The notes under the pieces: model-generated
What the model was told of the DNA's origin: nothing
Databases searched by the model: none
What the model saw: only the letters and a program-made list of their open reading frames with translations
In this document: piece by piece, positions 17,729 through 25,736 of the stretch
Layout: every line of letters begins with the position of its first letter
Position numbering within the stretch: position 1 is the first letter of the stretch
Made by a program: the position numbers and the translations under genes
Assembly (NCBI GenBank): GCA_964538105.1
Contig: CAZIFP010000001.1
Location: forward strand, 1-57,786
Source of the DNA: an uncultured Bifidobacteriaceae bacterium
GTDB lineage: Bacteria; Verrucomicrobiota; Verrucomicrobiia; Limisphaerales; UBA11358
Length of the DNA stretch: 57,786 nt
Direction of reading: 5' to 3'

Positions 17729-18895
17729 ATGAAGTCATTTACTCTTTCCAAATTCTGGCCGGTTGCCGTCGGGAGCGTCTTGATGATTGCCGCCGCCGGC
17801 TGCGGGCGCGACAACGTCAAAGTGTATCACGTTGACGCCAGCGACACGTCCGCTCCAACGCCGCCACCCGCCGCGCCTGCGGCGATGCCTTCCACCATGC
17901 CGAACGGATTGCCGGTGCCAGATAACAGTGGCCAACCGTCGCTGCAATACATCCTGCCCGCCGGCTGGGAGAAAAAAGCGCCGACGCAAATGCGCGTGGC
18001 GAGCTTCGGCGTTTCGCAGGATGGCAAACAGGCCGATGTCAGCGTGATTCCGCTAGCCGGCACGGCCGGCACCGATCCCGCCAACGTCAACCGCTGGCGC
18101 GGACAGGTTGGCCTGGGCGCGCTGCCGGAGACCGACGTTGCCGCGCTCGCGGAAAAAATCACGGTCGGCGAGCAACCTGCCGACTTATACGATCTCGCCG
18201 GCACCGCGCCCGGCAGCGGCGCGGCGGAACGCATTCTCGGCGTGATCCTGCATCGCGACGACACGGCGTGGTTTTTCAAAATGACCGGTGAGACGGCGTT
18301 GGTTGAACAAGAAAAACCCGCGTTCATTTCATTTTTGAAATCTATCCAGTTCGGCGCTCCGGCGGCGGCTCCTGCGACGATGAACTTGAGCCAGTTGCCG
18401 CCGTCGCATCCGCAGATTGACGGGATGACTCCTGGCACTTCAACGGCAGGTGCTGCCGCTGGTGACAAACCAACGTGGACGATTCCCGCCGGCTGGCAGG
18501 AAGGTCCGCTCGCGCAATTTTTGGTGGCAAAATATATCATCGCCGGTGCCGCTGGTGCACAGGCATCGGTCAACGTCAGCTCGCTCGCCGGCGGCGGCGG
18601 CGGTCTGTTGCCGAACGTGAACCGCTGGCGCAAGCAGCTCGGTCTCGACCCGGTGACGGACGCCGATCTGGCGAATCTGCCGACACTGGATGCTTCCGGC
18701 GTCAAGGCCACTCTGATCGAACTTTCCGGCACGGATGGGCGCACCGGCAAACCGGCGCAGCTTGTTGGCGTGGTGCTGCCGCTCGGCGGGCAGACCTGGT
18801 TTTACAAGCTCATGGGTGACGCGACGGTGGTGGCGCAGCAAAAAGACGCGCTGATCCAGTTCGTGCAATCCGCCAAATATCCGGTGGCCCAATAA
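17729..18895 (+). CDS. lipoprotein of unknown function with two tandem homologous domains
   Basis: The start is at MKSFTLSKFWPVAVGSVLMIAAAGC (lipobox AAGC). Two ~150-aa repeats share P-A-G-W ... NVNRWR-Q-GL ... WF(F/Y)K(M/L)-G ... F(L/V)-S. It sits 66 nt upstream of resB. Confidence 0.7.
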   Translation: MKSFTLSKFWPVAVGSVLMIAAAGCGRDNVKVYHVDASDTSAPTPPPAAPAAMPSTMPNGLPVPDNSGQPSLQYILPAGWEKKAPTQMRVASFGVSQDGKQADVSVIPLAGTAGTDPANVNRWRGQVGLGALPETDVAALAEKITVGEQPADLYDLAGTAPGSGAAERILGVILHRDDTAWFFKMTGETALVEQEKPAFISFLKSIQFGAPAAAPATMNLSQLPPSHPQIDGMTPGTSTAGAAAGDKPTWTIPAGWQEGPLAQFLVAKYIIAGAAGAQASVNVSSLAGGGGGLLPNVNRWRKQLGLDPVTDADLANLPTLDASGVKATLIELSGTDGRTGKPAQLVGVVLPLGGQTWFYKLMGDATVVAQQKDALIQFVQSAKYPVAQ

Positions 18896-18961
18896 TCGCA
18901 ATCTTGTAAAACGGTTCAAATTAGGCGTAAGCTCACGGCTAGGAAAAAATCCGGCAAACCG

Positions 18962-20206
18962 ATGCTCCTCAAACAAATCGTTGATTTCTTCACGTCGCTG
19001 AAGCTGACCGCCACGCTGCTCGCGTTCGCCATCATCCTCGTGTTCATCGGCACGCTGGCGCAGGCGGACGAGGGGCTTTACGGTGCGCAGGCGCATTATT
19101 TCAAGCAATGGGTGGTGATCGGCGCGCATGTTTTCGGCCACAAAATCCCGCTGATCCTGCCGGGCGGTTATCTGCTCGGCACGCTGCTACTGGTGAACCT
19201 GGTCGTCACGCACATCTGCCGGTTTCAACTGACCCCGAAAAAAATCGGCATCCAGATTGCGCACGCCGGCATCATCGTCCTGCTAGTCGGCCAGCTCGCG
19301 ACCGACATGCTCGCGCGCGAAATGCAGATGCACTTTGCCGAGGGCGAGACGCGGAATTATTCCGACAGCGACGGCGCATTTGAGCTGAATTTTGTTTCTG
19401 GCGACGTTGGCACAGCCATCCCGAGCCGGTTGTTGAACGCCGGGAACGCACTGAAAATTGACAGCCTGCCGTTCACCATCCTTGTCAAGTCGGCCTGGAA
19501 AAATTCCGACATCAATTTCCGCGCGCCGATGCTACAGAACGGCCCGCCGCTCACGCCCAACGGCATCGCGGCGAACTTCGATTTCAAGAAGGCGGAGGAC
19601 GTGAAGGCGATGGACCAGCGCAACGTCCCGTCGGTGGTGCTGGAATTTTCCACGCCGGCCGGCTCGCTCGGCACCTGGGTCGCGAGCGACTGGGCGGGCG
19701 ACGCCTCGCTGGTCGAGGCGGTGCGCAACAACTACGAGCCGATGGGCGCGGACCTGGCACAAAAAATCACTGCACAGCTCGTCGCGCCGCAGACGATCGA
19801 AGTGGGCGGCAAGAAATTCACCTTCACGCTGCGTCCGGCGCGCGTCCGGTATCCGTTTTCGCTGACGCTGCTCAAGGCGACGCACACGGTTTATCCGGGC
19901 ACGGACATTCCCAAGGATTTTCGCAGCCGCGTGCTGCTGAACAATCCGCAGACCGGAGAGAAGCGAGAGGTGGAGATTTCCATGAACCATCCGCTGCGCT
20001 ACGGCGGCTACACTTACTACCAATACCAGATGGACGCTGGTCAGGCCGCGCAGATGGCGGGCCGCACGCCGACCTCGGTGCTGCAGGTGGTCCGCAATCC
20101 GAGTTGGTTGACGCCTTACATCGGCTGCGCGATGGTGGGGCTGGGTTTGGTGATCCAGTTCATGTATCACCTCGTCGGGTTCGTTTCCAAACGGAAGACA
20201 AAATGA
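18962..20206 (+). CDS. resB: cytochrome c biogenesis protein ResB/Ccs1 (System II)
   Basis: The N-terminus FFTSLKLTATLLAFAIILVFIGTLAQ, a large periplasmic loop and a C-terminal TM are typical of ResB. It is translationally coupled to ccsA (ATGA at 20203-20206). Confidence 0.85.
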   Translation: MLLKQIVDFFTSLKLTATLLAFAIILVFIGTLAQADEGLYGAQAHYFKQWVVIGAHVFGHKIPLILPGGYLLGTLLLVNLVVTHICRFQLTPKKIGIQIAHAGIIVLLVGQLATDMLAREMQMHFAEGETRNYSDSDGAFELNFVSGDVGTAIPSRLLNAGNALKIDSLPFTILVKSAWKNSDINFRAPMLQNGPPLTPNGIAANFDFKKAEDVKAMDQRNVPSVVLEFSTPAGSLGTWVASDWAGDASLVEAVRNNYEPMGADLAQKITAQLVAPQTIEVGGKKFTFTLRPARVRYPFSLTLLKATHTVYPGTDIPKDFRSRVLLNNPQTGEKREVEISMNHPLRYGGYTYYQYQMDAGQAAQMAGRTPTSVLQVVRNPSWLTPYIGCAMVGLGLVIQFMYHLVGFVSKRKTK

Positions 20207-22086
20207 AAAAAACTTTTCAACAATGGCTGCCGCCGGCCTTGATGCTCGTGATGGCGGTATGGTTTTTCGGCAATTTGCAGGCGCCGAAGGACAAGGATTT
20301 CGCCTTCACCGCATTTGGCCGGCTGCCGTTGACCGCGAACGGCCGCATCGTGCCGATGGATTCGCTCGCGCGCAATTCACTGCTGGAAATCCGCGAAAAG
20401 CAGACGCTCAACACCGAGCCGTGGAAAGGCTGGAATGAAAACCCGAAAATCATCCCTGCGACCGAGTGGCTGGCGAATGTGATGATGAATCCCGCCGTGG
20501 CCGACGATTGGCCGGTGTTCCGCGTGGACAACCCCGATTTGATCTCGCTGCTGAAACTGCCGGACAAGGGCGCTGCCAACAAGACGGACGGCAAGCATTA
20601 TTCGTGGAACCAGATTGCGCCGTCGCTCGAAACTTTTGACAAGGAAAACAAGCGCGTTCAATCCGTCGAGGCGGCCAGCCGCACGGCCTACGAAAACGCC
20701 ATAGCCAAGATGCAGCAGCGGCTGTCGCGCTACGCACAGTTGAAAAATACCGTGCAGCCCGCCGACGCGCAGGACTGGCCGGCGGAACTCGCCGCGTATG
20801 AAAAATTGATTCCGGACGGCGTCGCTGCCGTGAAGGCCCAGCAGGCCGGGCAGAAATATGATCAAACCAATTTCAACACCTTCGTCGGCTTCATCGAAAG
20901 CTTCCAGTTCATGGCCAACCTGGAGCCGCCGCTGATTTTGCCGCCGAATGGAGCAAGCGAATGGCGGCGCATGGGCGACGCGCTGCTCGAAGCGCCGCGC
21001 GGCACGCCCGTGGACGAGGCCATCCGCGACTACGCGAAAATGGCCGGCGCGCTCGCCGCGAACCAGCCGGACGAATTCAATGCCGCGCTGAAGGATTATA
21101 ATTCATCGCTCGTGCCCGCGCAGTCGAAGGCCATCGCCAAGGCGCGCGCGGAAGTGTTCTTCAACCAGATGGAGCCGTTCTACAACGCGATGGTGATTTA
21201 CGTCCTCGCCGGATTGCTTGCGGTTTTTTCGTGGTTCAATTTGTCCGAGACGTTGCGCCGCTCGGCAGTGTGGCTGGTGTGGCTGGCGTTTGTGATTCAC
21301 ACGACCGGCCTGGTTTATCGCATGGTGCTGGAAGGCCGGCCGCCGGTGACCAATCTTTATTCCTCAGCCATTTTCATCGGCTGGGGCGCGTGCCTGCTGG
21401 GCTTGATTCTGGAACGTTTTTACCGGAACGGCATCGGCGTGGTCGTGTCGGCGGGCATCGGCTTCATCACGCTCATCATCGCGCATCATCTCGCGCTGGA
21501 AGGCGACACGATGGAAATGATGCGCGCGGTGCTGGACACGAATTTCTGGCTCGCGACACACGTCGTGGCCGTGACGGTCGGCTACGCGAGCACCTATGTC
21601 GCCGGCTTCCTCGCGCTGATTTACATTTTGCGCGGCGTGTTCACAAAAACTTTGGACGAGGCCACCGGCAAGGCGCTCGCACGGATGATTTACGGCATTG
21701 TCTGTTTCGCGACACTGTTCAGTTTTGTCGGCACGGTGCTCGGCGGCATCTGGGCCGACCAGTCGTGGGGCCGGTTTTGGGGCTGGGATCCGAAGGAAAA
21801 CGGCGCGCTCATCATCGTGTTGTGGAATGCGCTCATCCTGCACCTGCGCTGGGGCGGCATGATTCGCGAGCGCGGCCTTGTCAACTGCGCCATCTTCGGC
21901 AACATCGTCACGGCGTGGTCCTGGTTCGGCGTGAACATGCTCGGCATCGGGCTGCACAGCTACGGCTTCACGGACGCGGCGTTCAAATGGCTGGTGCTGT
22001 TCGTGGTGAGCCAGCTTGCCTTCATCGCGCTCGGTTTGTTGCCGACGAAGATGTGGAAAAGTTTCAAACGCCCGGCGCACACCTGA
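20203..22086 (+). CDS. ccsA: cytochrome c biogenesis protein CcsA/ResC (System II heme handling)
   Basis: The W-rich heme-handling motif WGRFWGWDPKENGAL is present in a polytopic membrane protein. The start is chosen at MKKTFQQW (20203). The track ORF start at 20104 would overlap resB by 100 nt. Confidence 0.9.
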   Translation: MKKTFQQWLPPALMLVMAVWFFGNLQAPKDKDFAFTAFGRLPLTANGRIVPMDSLARNSLLEIREKQTLNTEPWKGWNENPKIIPATEWLANVMMNPAVADDWPVFRVDNPDLISLLKLPDKGAANKTDGKHYSWNQIAPSLETFDKENKRVQSVEAASRTAYENAIAKMQQRLSRYAQLKNTVQPADAQDWPAELAAYEKLIPDGVAAVKAQQAGQKYDQTNFNTFVGFIESFQFMANLEPPLILPPNGASEWRRMGDALLEAPRGTPVDEAIRDYAKMAGALAANQPDEFNAALKDYNSSLVPAQSKAIAKARAEVFFNQMEPFYNAMVIYVLAGLLAVFSWFNLSETLRRSAVWLVWLAFVIHTTGLVYRMVLEGRPPVTNLYSSAIFIGWGACLLGLILERFYRNGIGVVVSAGIGFITLIIAHHLALEGDTMEMMRAVLDTNFWLATHVVAVTVGYASTYVAGFLALIYILRGVFTKTLDEATGKALARMIYGIVCFATLFSFVGTVLGGIWADQSWGRFWGWDPKENGALIIVLWNALILHLRWGGMIRERGLVNCAIFGNIVTAWSWFGVNMLGIGLHSYGFTDAAFKWLVLFVVSQLAFIALGLLPTKMWKSFKRPAHT

Positions 22087-22244
22087 ATATCAGGAACCGC
22101 CGGGAATCTGGCGGAGTGATCAGTTCAACTTCAGACGGTGCAATGCCGTTTGCCTTGACTCACGGTCGGAGACTTGAAAGTTTTTGAATCCAAACCGGCG
22201 GCCCGGCGCATCTCATTAGTGAACGATTCAACCAAACAACAATT

Positions 22245-22865
22245 ATGAAAAACACCTCAAGCCTGCTTTTAACCCTGGTTTCGTATTTGATCACGCTGGC
22301 TACGATTCTCTTTCTGCTGTTTGCGGTCATGCCGCCGTCGCTCAAGGCGCAGACCACCGCGGATATGGCCGCCACCAACACCGCCGTCACGAATGCTACT
22401 GTCACCAACGTCACCGCGGCGGCGGTTGAAGCACCTCAAGCCCCCGCCGTTCGCATTGAACCCCCAGCTTTTAATAACGACAGCTTCAGCTTTGGAAAAA
22501 CCTTGGTGGCCATCATGCCGTTCATTTTTACCGTCGCCTTCTTGGCCGTGATTTTTTATTTCAAACATCGGCGAAACAAGCTGGCGCATGAAACCGTGCG
22601 CATGATGATCGAAAAGGGCGTGCCGGTGACGCCGGAAATCATCGCTTCATTGCAAAACAAGAATTGTTACGAAAAATACGGCGTTCGGGCAAAGGACAAG
22701 ACCGGCCTCCTGCTCACGGGGTTGATATTGGCCGGCGTCGGGATTGGCGTGATTGCGGTCGCCGGGAAGCCCGGATTGATTGTCATGTTTATTGGCGTGG
22801 CATTTCTGATCGTGTGGTTCATGGAATCAAAAAAGCAGAACGACCAACAACCGCCGAAACAATAA
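22245..22865 (+). CDS. membrane protein, DUF6249-like, first gene of ECF sigma module
   Basis: Signal/TM, a low-complexity T/A/V region, then HRRNKLAHETVRMMIEKGVPVTPEII flanked by TM helices. From memory this resembles DUF6249 proteins, which are often adjacent to sigma factors. Confidence 0.55.
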   Translation: MKNTSSLLLTLVSYLITLATILFLLFAVMPPSLKAQTTADMAATNTAVTNATVTNVTAAAVEAPQAPAVRIEPPAFNNDSFSFGKTLVAIMPFIFTVAFLAVIFYFKHRRNKLAHETVRMMIEKGVPVTPEIIASLQNKNCYEKYGVRAKDKTGLLLTGLILAGVGIGVIAVAGKPGLIVMFIGVAFLIVWFMESKKQNDQQPPKQ

Positions 22866-22874
22866 TAATAATCC

Positions 22875-23405
22875 GTGTCCTTCACCGACGCCGACCTCAT
22901 CGCCCGCGTCCTGGCGCACGAAGACCACAACGCCTTCGGCGAGCTGGTGCGGCGCAACCAGTCGCCGGTGCGCGCGTTCCTGACGCGCATGACCCGCGGC
23001 GACGCGCATCTGGCGGACGATCTGGCGCAGGAGACGTTTTTGAAGGCGTGGCAGAAATTGCAAACGTTCCGTGGCGGCGCAAAATTTTCGACGTGGCTGT
23101 TCGGCATCGCGGTCAACGAGTTTCGCGGCGCGGCGCGCAAACGAAAGGAATGGTTGCTGGAGGAAAAGGAAGCCGAATCAGCCGAATCAGAATCATCCAC
23201 GGCGGCGACCGACAGTGCGCTCAAGCTTGATTTGACAGCGGCGCTGAAGCGGTTAAATTCAGAGGAGCGCGCCGCGATTGTGCTGTGCTGTCAGAACGGA
23301 CTGTCGCACGACGAAGCGGCGCAGGTATTGGAATGCCCGCTGGGCACGGTTAAAACAAATATTTTGCGCGGCAAAGAAAAATTAAAACGCTGGTTGTCCT
23401 TATGA
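22875..23405 (+). CDS. ECF (sigma-70 family) RNA polymerase sigma factor
   Basis: Region 2 is DDLAQETFLKAWQKLQTFRGGAKFSTWLFGIAVN. Region 4 HTH is LSHDEAAQVLECPLGTVKTNILRGKEKLKRWL. The GTG start lies 9 nt after the TAA-TAA-TAA of the upstream gene. Confidence 0.88.
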   Translation: MSFTDADLIARVLAHEDHNAFGELVRRNQSPVRAFLTRMTRGDAHLADDLAQETFLKAWQKLQTFRGGAKFSTWLFGIAVNEFRGAARKRKEWLLEEKEAESAESESSTAATDSALKLDLTAALKRLNSEERAAIVLCCQNGLSHDEAAQVLECPLGTVKTNILRGKEKLKRWLSL

Positions 23406-23728
23406 ATTCGCCGGAACAAAACGATCCGCTGGACGCGCTGCTGCGCGAGCAAAATTCCTACATTGATGACGGCGGCTTCACTGCGCGCGTCATCCAATCT
23501 CTGCCGCGCCGCCGGCGCGCGTGGCTGCGTCCGGCATTTTTGCTGGGCGCGACGGTCATCGGTTCGGTGCTGGCGGTGTTGTGGGTGCCGTGGGGAAGTT
23601 TGCCCGCGTTGGATTTGTCGGCTTTTCTTTCGCCCAATCCGCAGGTCTTGCTGCCGTGGGTGCTGGTGGTGACGGTGATCGGCTCGCTTCTCTGGAGTGC
23701 CGTGGCTGCAGTGCAATGGGAGGATTAA
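23402..23728 (+). CDS. small two-TM membrane protein, putative anti-sigma factor
   Basis: The start overlaps the sigma stop (ATGA). The sequence is DDGGFTARVIQSLPRRRR followed by two hydrophobic helices. The call rests on position and topology only, not on recognised homology. Confidence 0.5.
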   Translation: MNSPEQNDPLDALLREQNSYIDDGGFTARVIQSLPRRRRAWLRPAFLLGATVIGSVLAVLWVPWGSLPALDLSAFLSPNPQVLLPWVLVVTVIGSLLWSAVAAVQWED

Positions 23729-25278
23729 GCCGGTTTCTCCGGTGTTGCCGGCGAGGGCAATTCCAATTTGGCCTGCGCGCGATTGACGAGCGCGAGCATG
23801 GTCAGGCTGTCGGCGGCTGTGCGCTCGGCTTCTTCGATGCGGGCGAATTCCCCCAAAACTTCCGCGCGCACCGGGCCGGCGCGCATGGGCAGTTCCATTC
23901 CGCCGCCGGTGCGCAACGCATAAAGAATGTGATGCGCGGTGATGGCTTCCAGCGGGCGGGCCGGCGCGTAACCGGTTTCGCGGCCGCCGGTTTCCACGAC
24001 CAACCGCGCGGCGAGCAGGGTCTGCAACATCTGCTGCGCCAGCCGCGACGGGATGCCGAGTTCGGCGGAAATTGTCTGGAGCGTTACCGGCGGCTGGCCG
24101 GACTGGAACCGCTGGCCGATGCACGTCATCAGCCGCAGCGCGACGAATTCGCGTCCACGCTGGTTCACATTTTCGACGAGCTTGTCCTGCAAATAGGCCC
24201 TGCGGTTTTGGAACGCATAGGCGATTTGCGCGCCGAAGAGCAAAATCAGCCAGGAAAAATACAACCCCGCCATGAACACCGGCACGAGGCCGAGGCTGCC
24301 GTAAATTTTGCTGTAGCTCACGACGCGCGAAGCGTAGAGGAAGCCGAAGAGATTGTTCAAATGCCACAACGAACCGCCGACGATGCCGCCGATGAGCGCC
24401 GCGCCGAAATGAACTTTCGTGTTCGGCACCAGCAGGTAGATCAGCGCGAAGAGCAGCCACAACAAAACAACCGGCAAAAATTCAAAAATCAATCCGCCGA
24501 TGAAAGAGCTTTGGCTGATAAATTCCCTGGCCGCCTGCAAATGTGAACTGCCCGCGAGGCCAACCGCCGCGACCAGCAGCAGCGGCCCGAGCGTGATCGT
24601 CGCCCAATAAAGAATGATGCGCGCCGGCCAGCTGCGTCCGCGCGTCACTCCCCAGATGTCGTTGAACGTCGCCTCGATGTTCGCCAGCATCCGGATGGCG
24701 ACGACTACGAGCAACAACGTCCCGACTAGGCCCAGCGTGGCGCTCTGCGTGTTCTGCACAAATTCATGGATGCTTTTCGCCGCCTCCCTTTGCGCGCTAA
24801 CGCTGACGACGGGCGTTTCGCCGGCGGGATTGTTCGTCGTTCCGGCCAACACAAATGAATTTGTGCTGGCGACGAAATTTGCCGTCGCTTTGGACACGAC
24901 CGAGTTTGTCGGGGTCAATGTGATTGCAATTGGGCTTAAGCTGAGCGAAGTGCCGTGGCTGTCGGTTTTGGCGGTCGCCGGCGGCATGATGCTCGAGATG
25001 AGCTTGTCAATCGCCGTGTAAATTTCCTTTTCCCCCTGGGTCTTGAGGATGCTGCTCGTGACACCGATGGCCACGGCCAGCATCGGGATGAGCGCAAACA
25101 GCGTGGCGTAGGAGAGCGCCGCCGCGCGCACCGGACAGCGGTTGCGGACAAAACTTTTGCCGGCGAGCACGCAGAAGTGCGCGAACTGTTCGAGCCGGCT
25201 GATTTCCTGCCCGGCTCCCGTCTGGACACCGGACAGGATTTGTATGAGGCGGGCAAGCAGCTTCATGATTTGTCGCAC
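23725..25278 (-). CDS. YihY/BrkB family membrane protein with extra loop and C-terminal winged-helix-like domain
   Basis: The family N-terminal signature AAALSYATLFALIPMLAV and six predicted TMs are present. At 517 aa it is far longer than the ~300 aa I recall as typical for the family. The start could be the downstream MKLLARL. Confidence 0.78.
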   Translation of the reverse strand: MRQIMKLLARLIQILSGVQTGAGQEISRLEQFAHFCVLAGKSFVRNRCPVRAAALSYATLFALIPMLAVAIGVTSSILKTQGEKEIYTAIDKLISSIMPPATAKTDSHGTSLSLSPIAITLTPTNSVVSKATANFVASTNSFVLAGTTNNPAGETPVVSVSAQREAAKSIHEFVQNTQSATLGLVGTLLLVVVAIRMLANIEATFNDIWGVTRGRSWPARIILYWATITLGPLLLVAAVGLAGSSHLQAAREFISQSSFIGGLIFEFLPVVLLWLLFALIYLLVPNTKVHFGAALIGGIVGGSLWHLNNLFGFLYASRVVSYSKIYGSLGLVPVFMAGLYFSWLILLFGAQIAYAFQNRRAYLQDKLVENVNQRGREFVALRLMTCIGQRFQSGQPPVTLQTISAELGIPSRLAQQMLQTLLAARLVVETGGRETGYAPARPLEAITAHHILYALRTGGGMELPMRAGPVRAEVLGEFARIEEAERTAADSLTMLALVNRAQAKLELPSPATPEKPA

Positions 25279-25736
25279 CGCACGCTAACAAACCGCCGCG
25301 CCAAGTCAACCGGGACGCGGGGCCGGTTCGCCGGTTTCCACCGCGCGTCCGATGGGCCGGCGGATTTAAGCGGCAATTTCAACCGTAGCGCAGTGATTCT
25401 TGTTTTATCTGCATTCACCGACTTGCTTCTCATTTCCGGCATGGCTTTTGCTGATTTTAAGGTGCAGCCCGGTGGCGACGACGCATGGATGTTGGGGGTC
25501 CATTGAACTCCTGTGTCCTACGTAGCCGGGCTGTTTTCAACAAATGACCGTGACACAAAGTTGGGGGGATTTATCGCGCGTAAGTGCATCGCGCTATTGC
25601 ATCACGGCCATTAAAAGCTACGACCGAACGCTGTTTTTTCAAATGAAAAATCCATGTTTGAAAAGCCATGATGGGCATCTGTGGATTGCTTGCTTGCTTT
25701 CGTTTGAAAATGATTTATTCCATGGCTTACTACGCC

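Noticed and set aside
20104-20202. Upstream extension of the ccsA ORF
   Set aside because: It would overlap resB by 100 nt. MKKTFQQW at 20203 forms an ATGA junction with the resB stop and starts the hydrophobic N-terminus.
23291-24546. Long alternative-frame ORFs (389 aa minus, 341 aa plus) across the YihY and anti-sigma region
   Set aside because: They have Arg/Ala/Gly-rich composition and overlap a CDS with clear family signature and TM periodicity.
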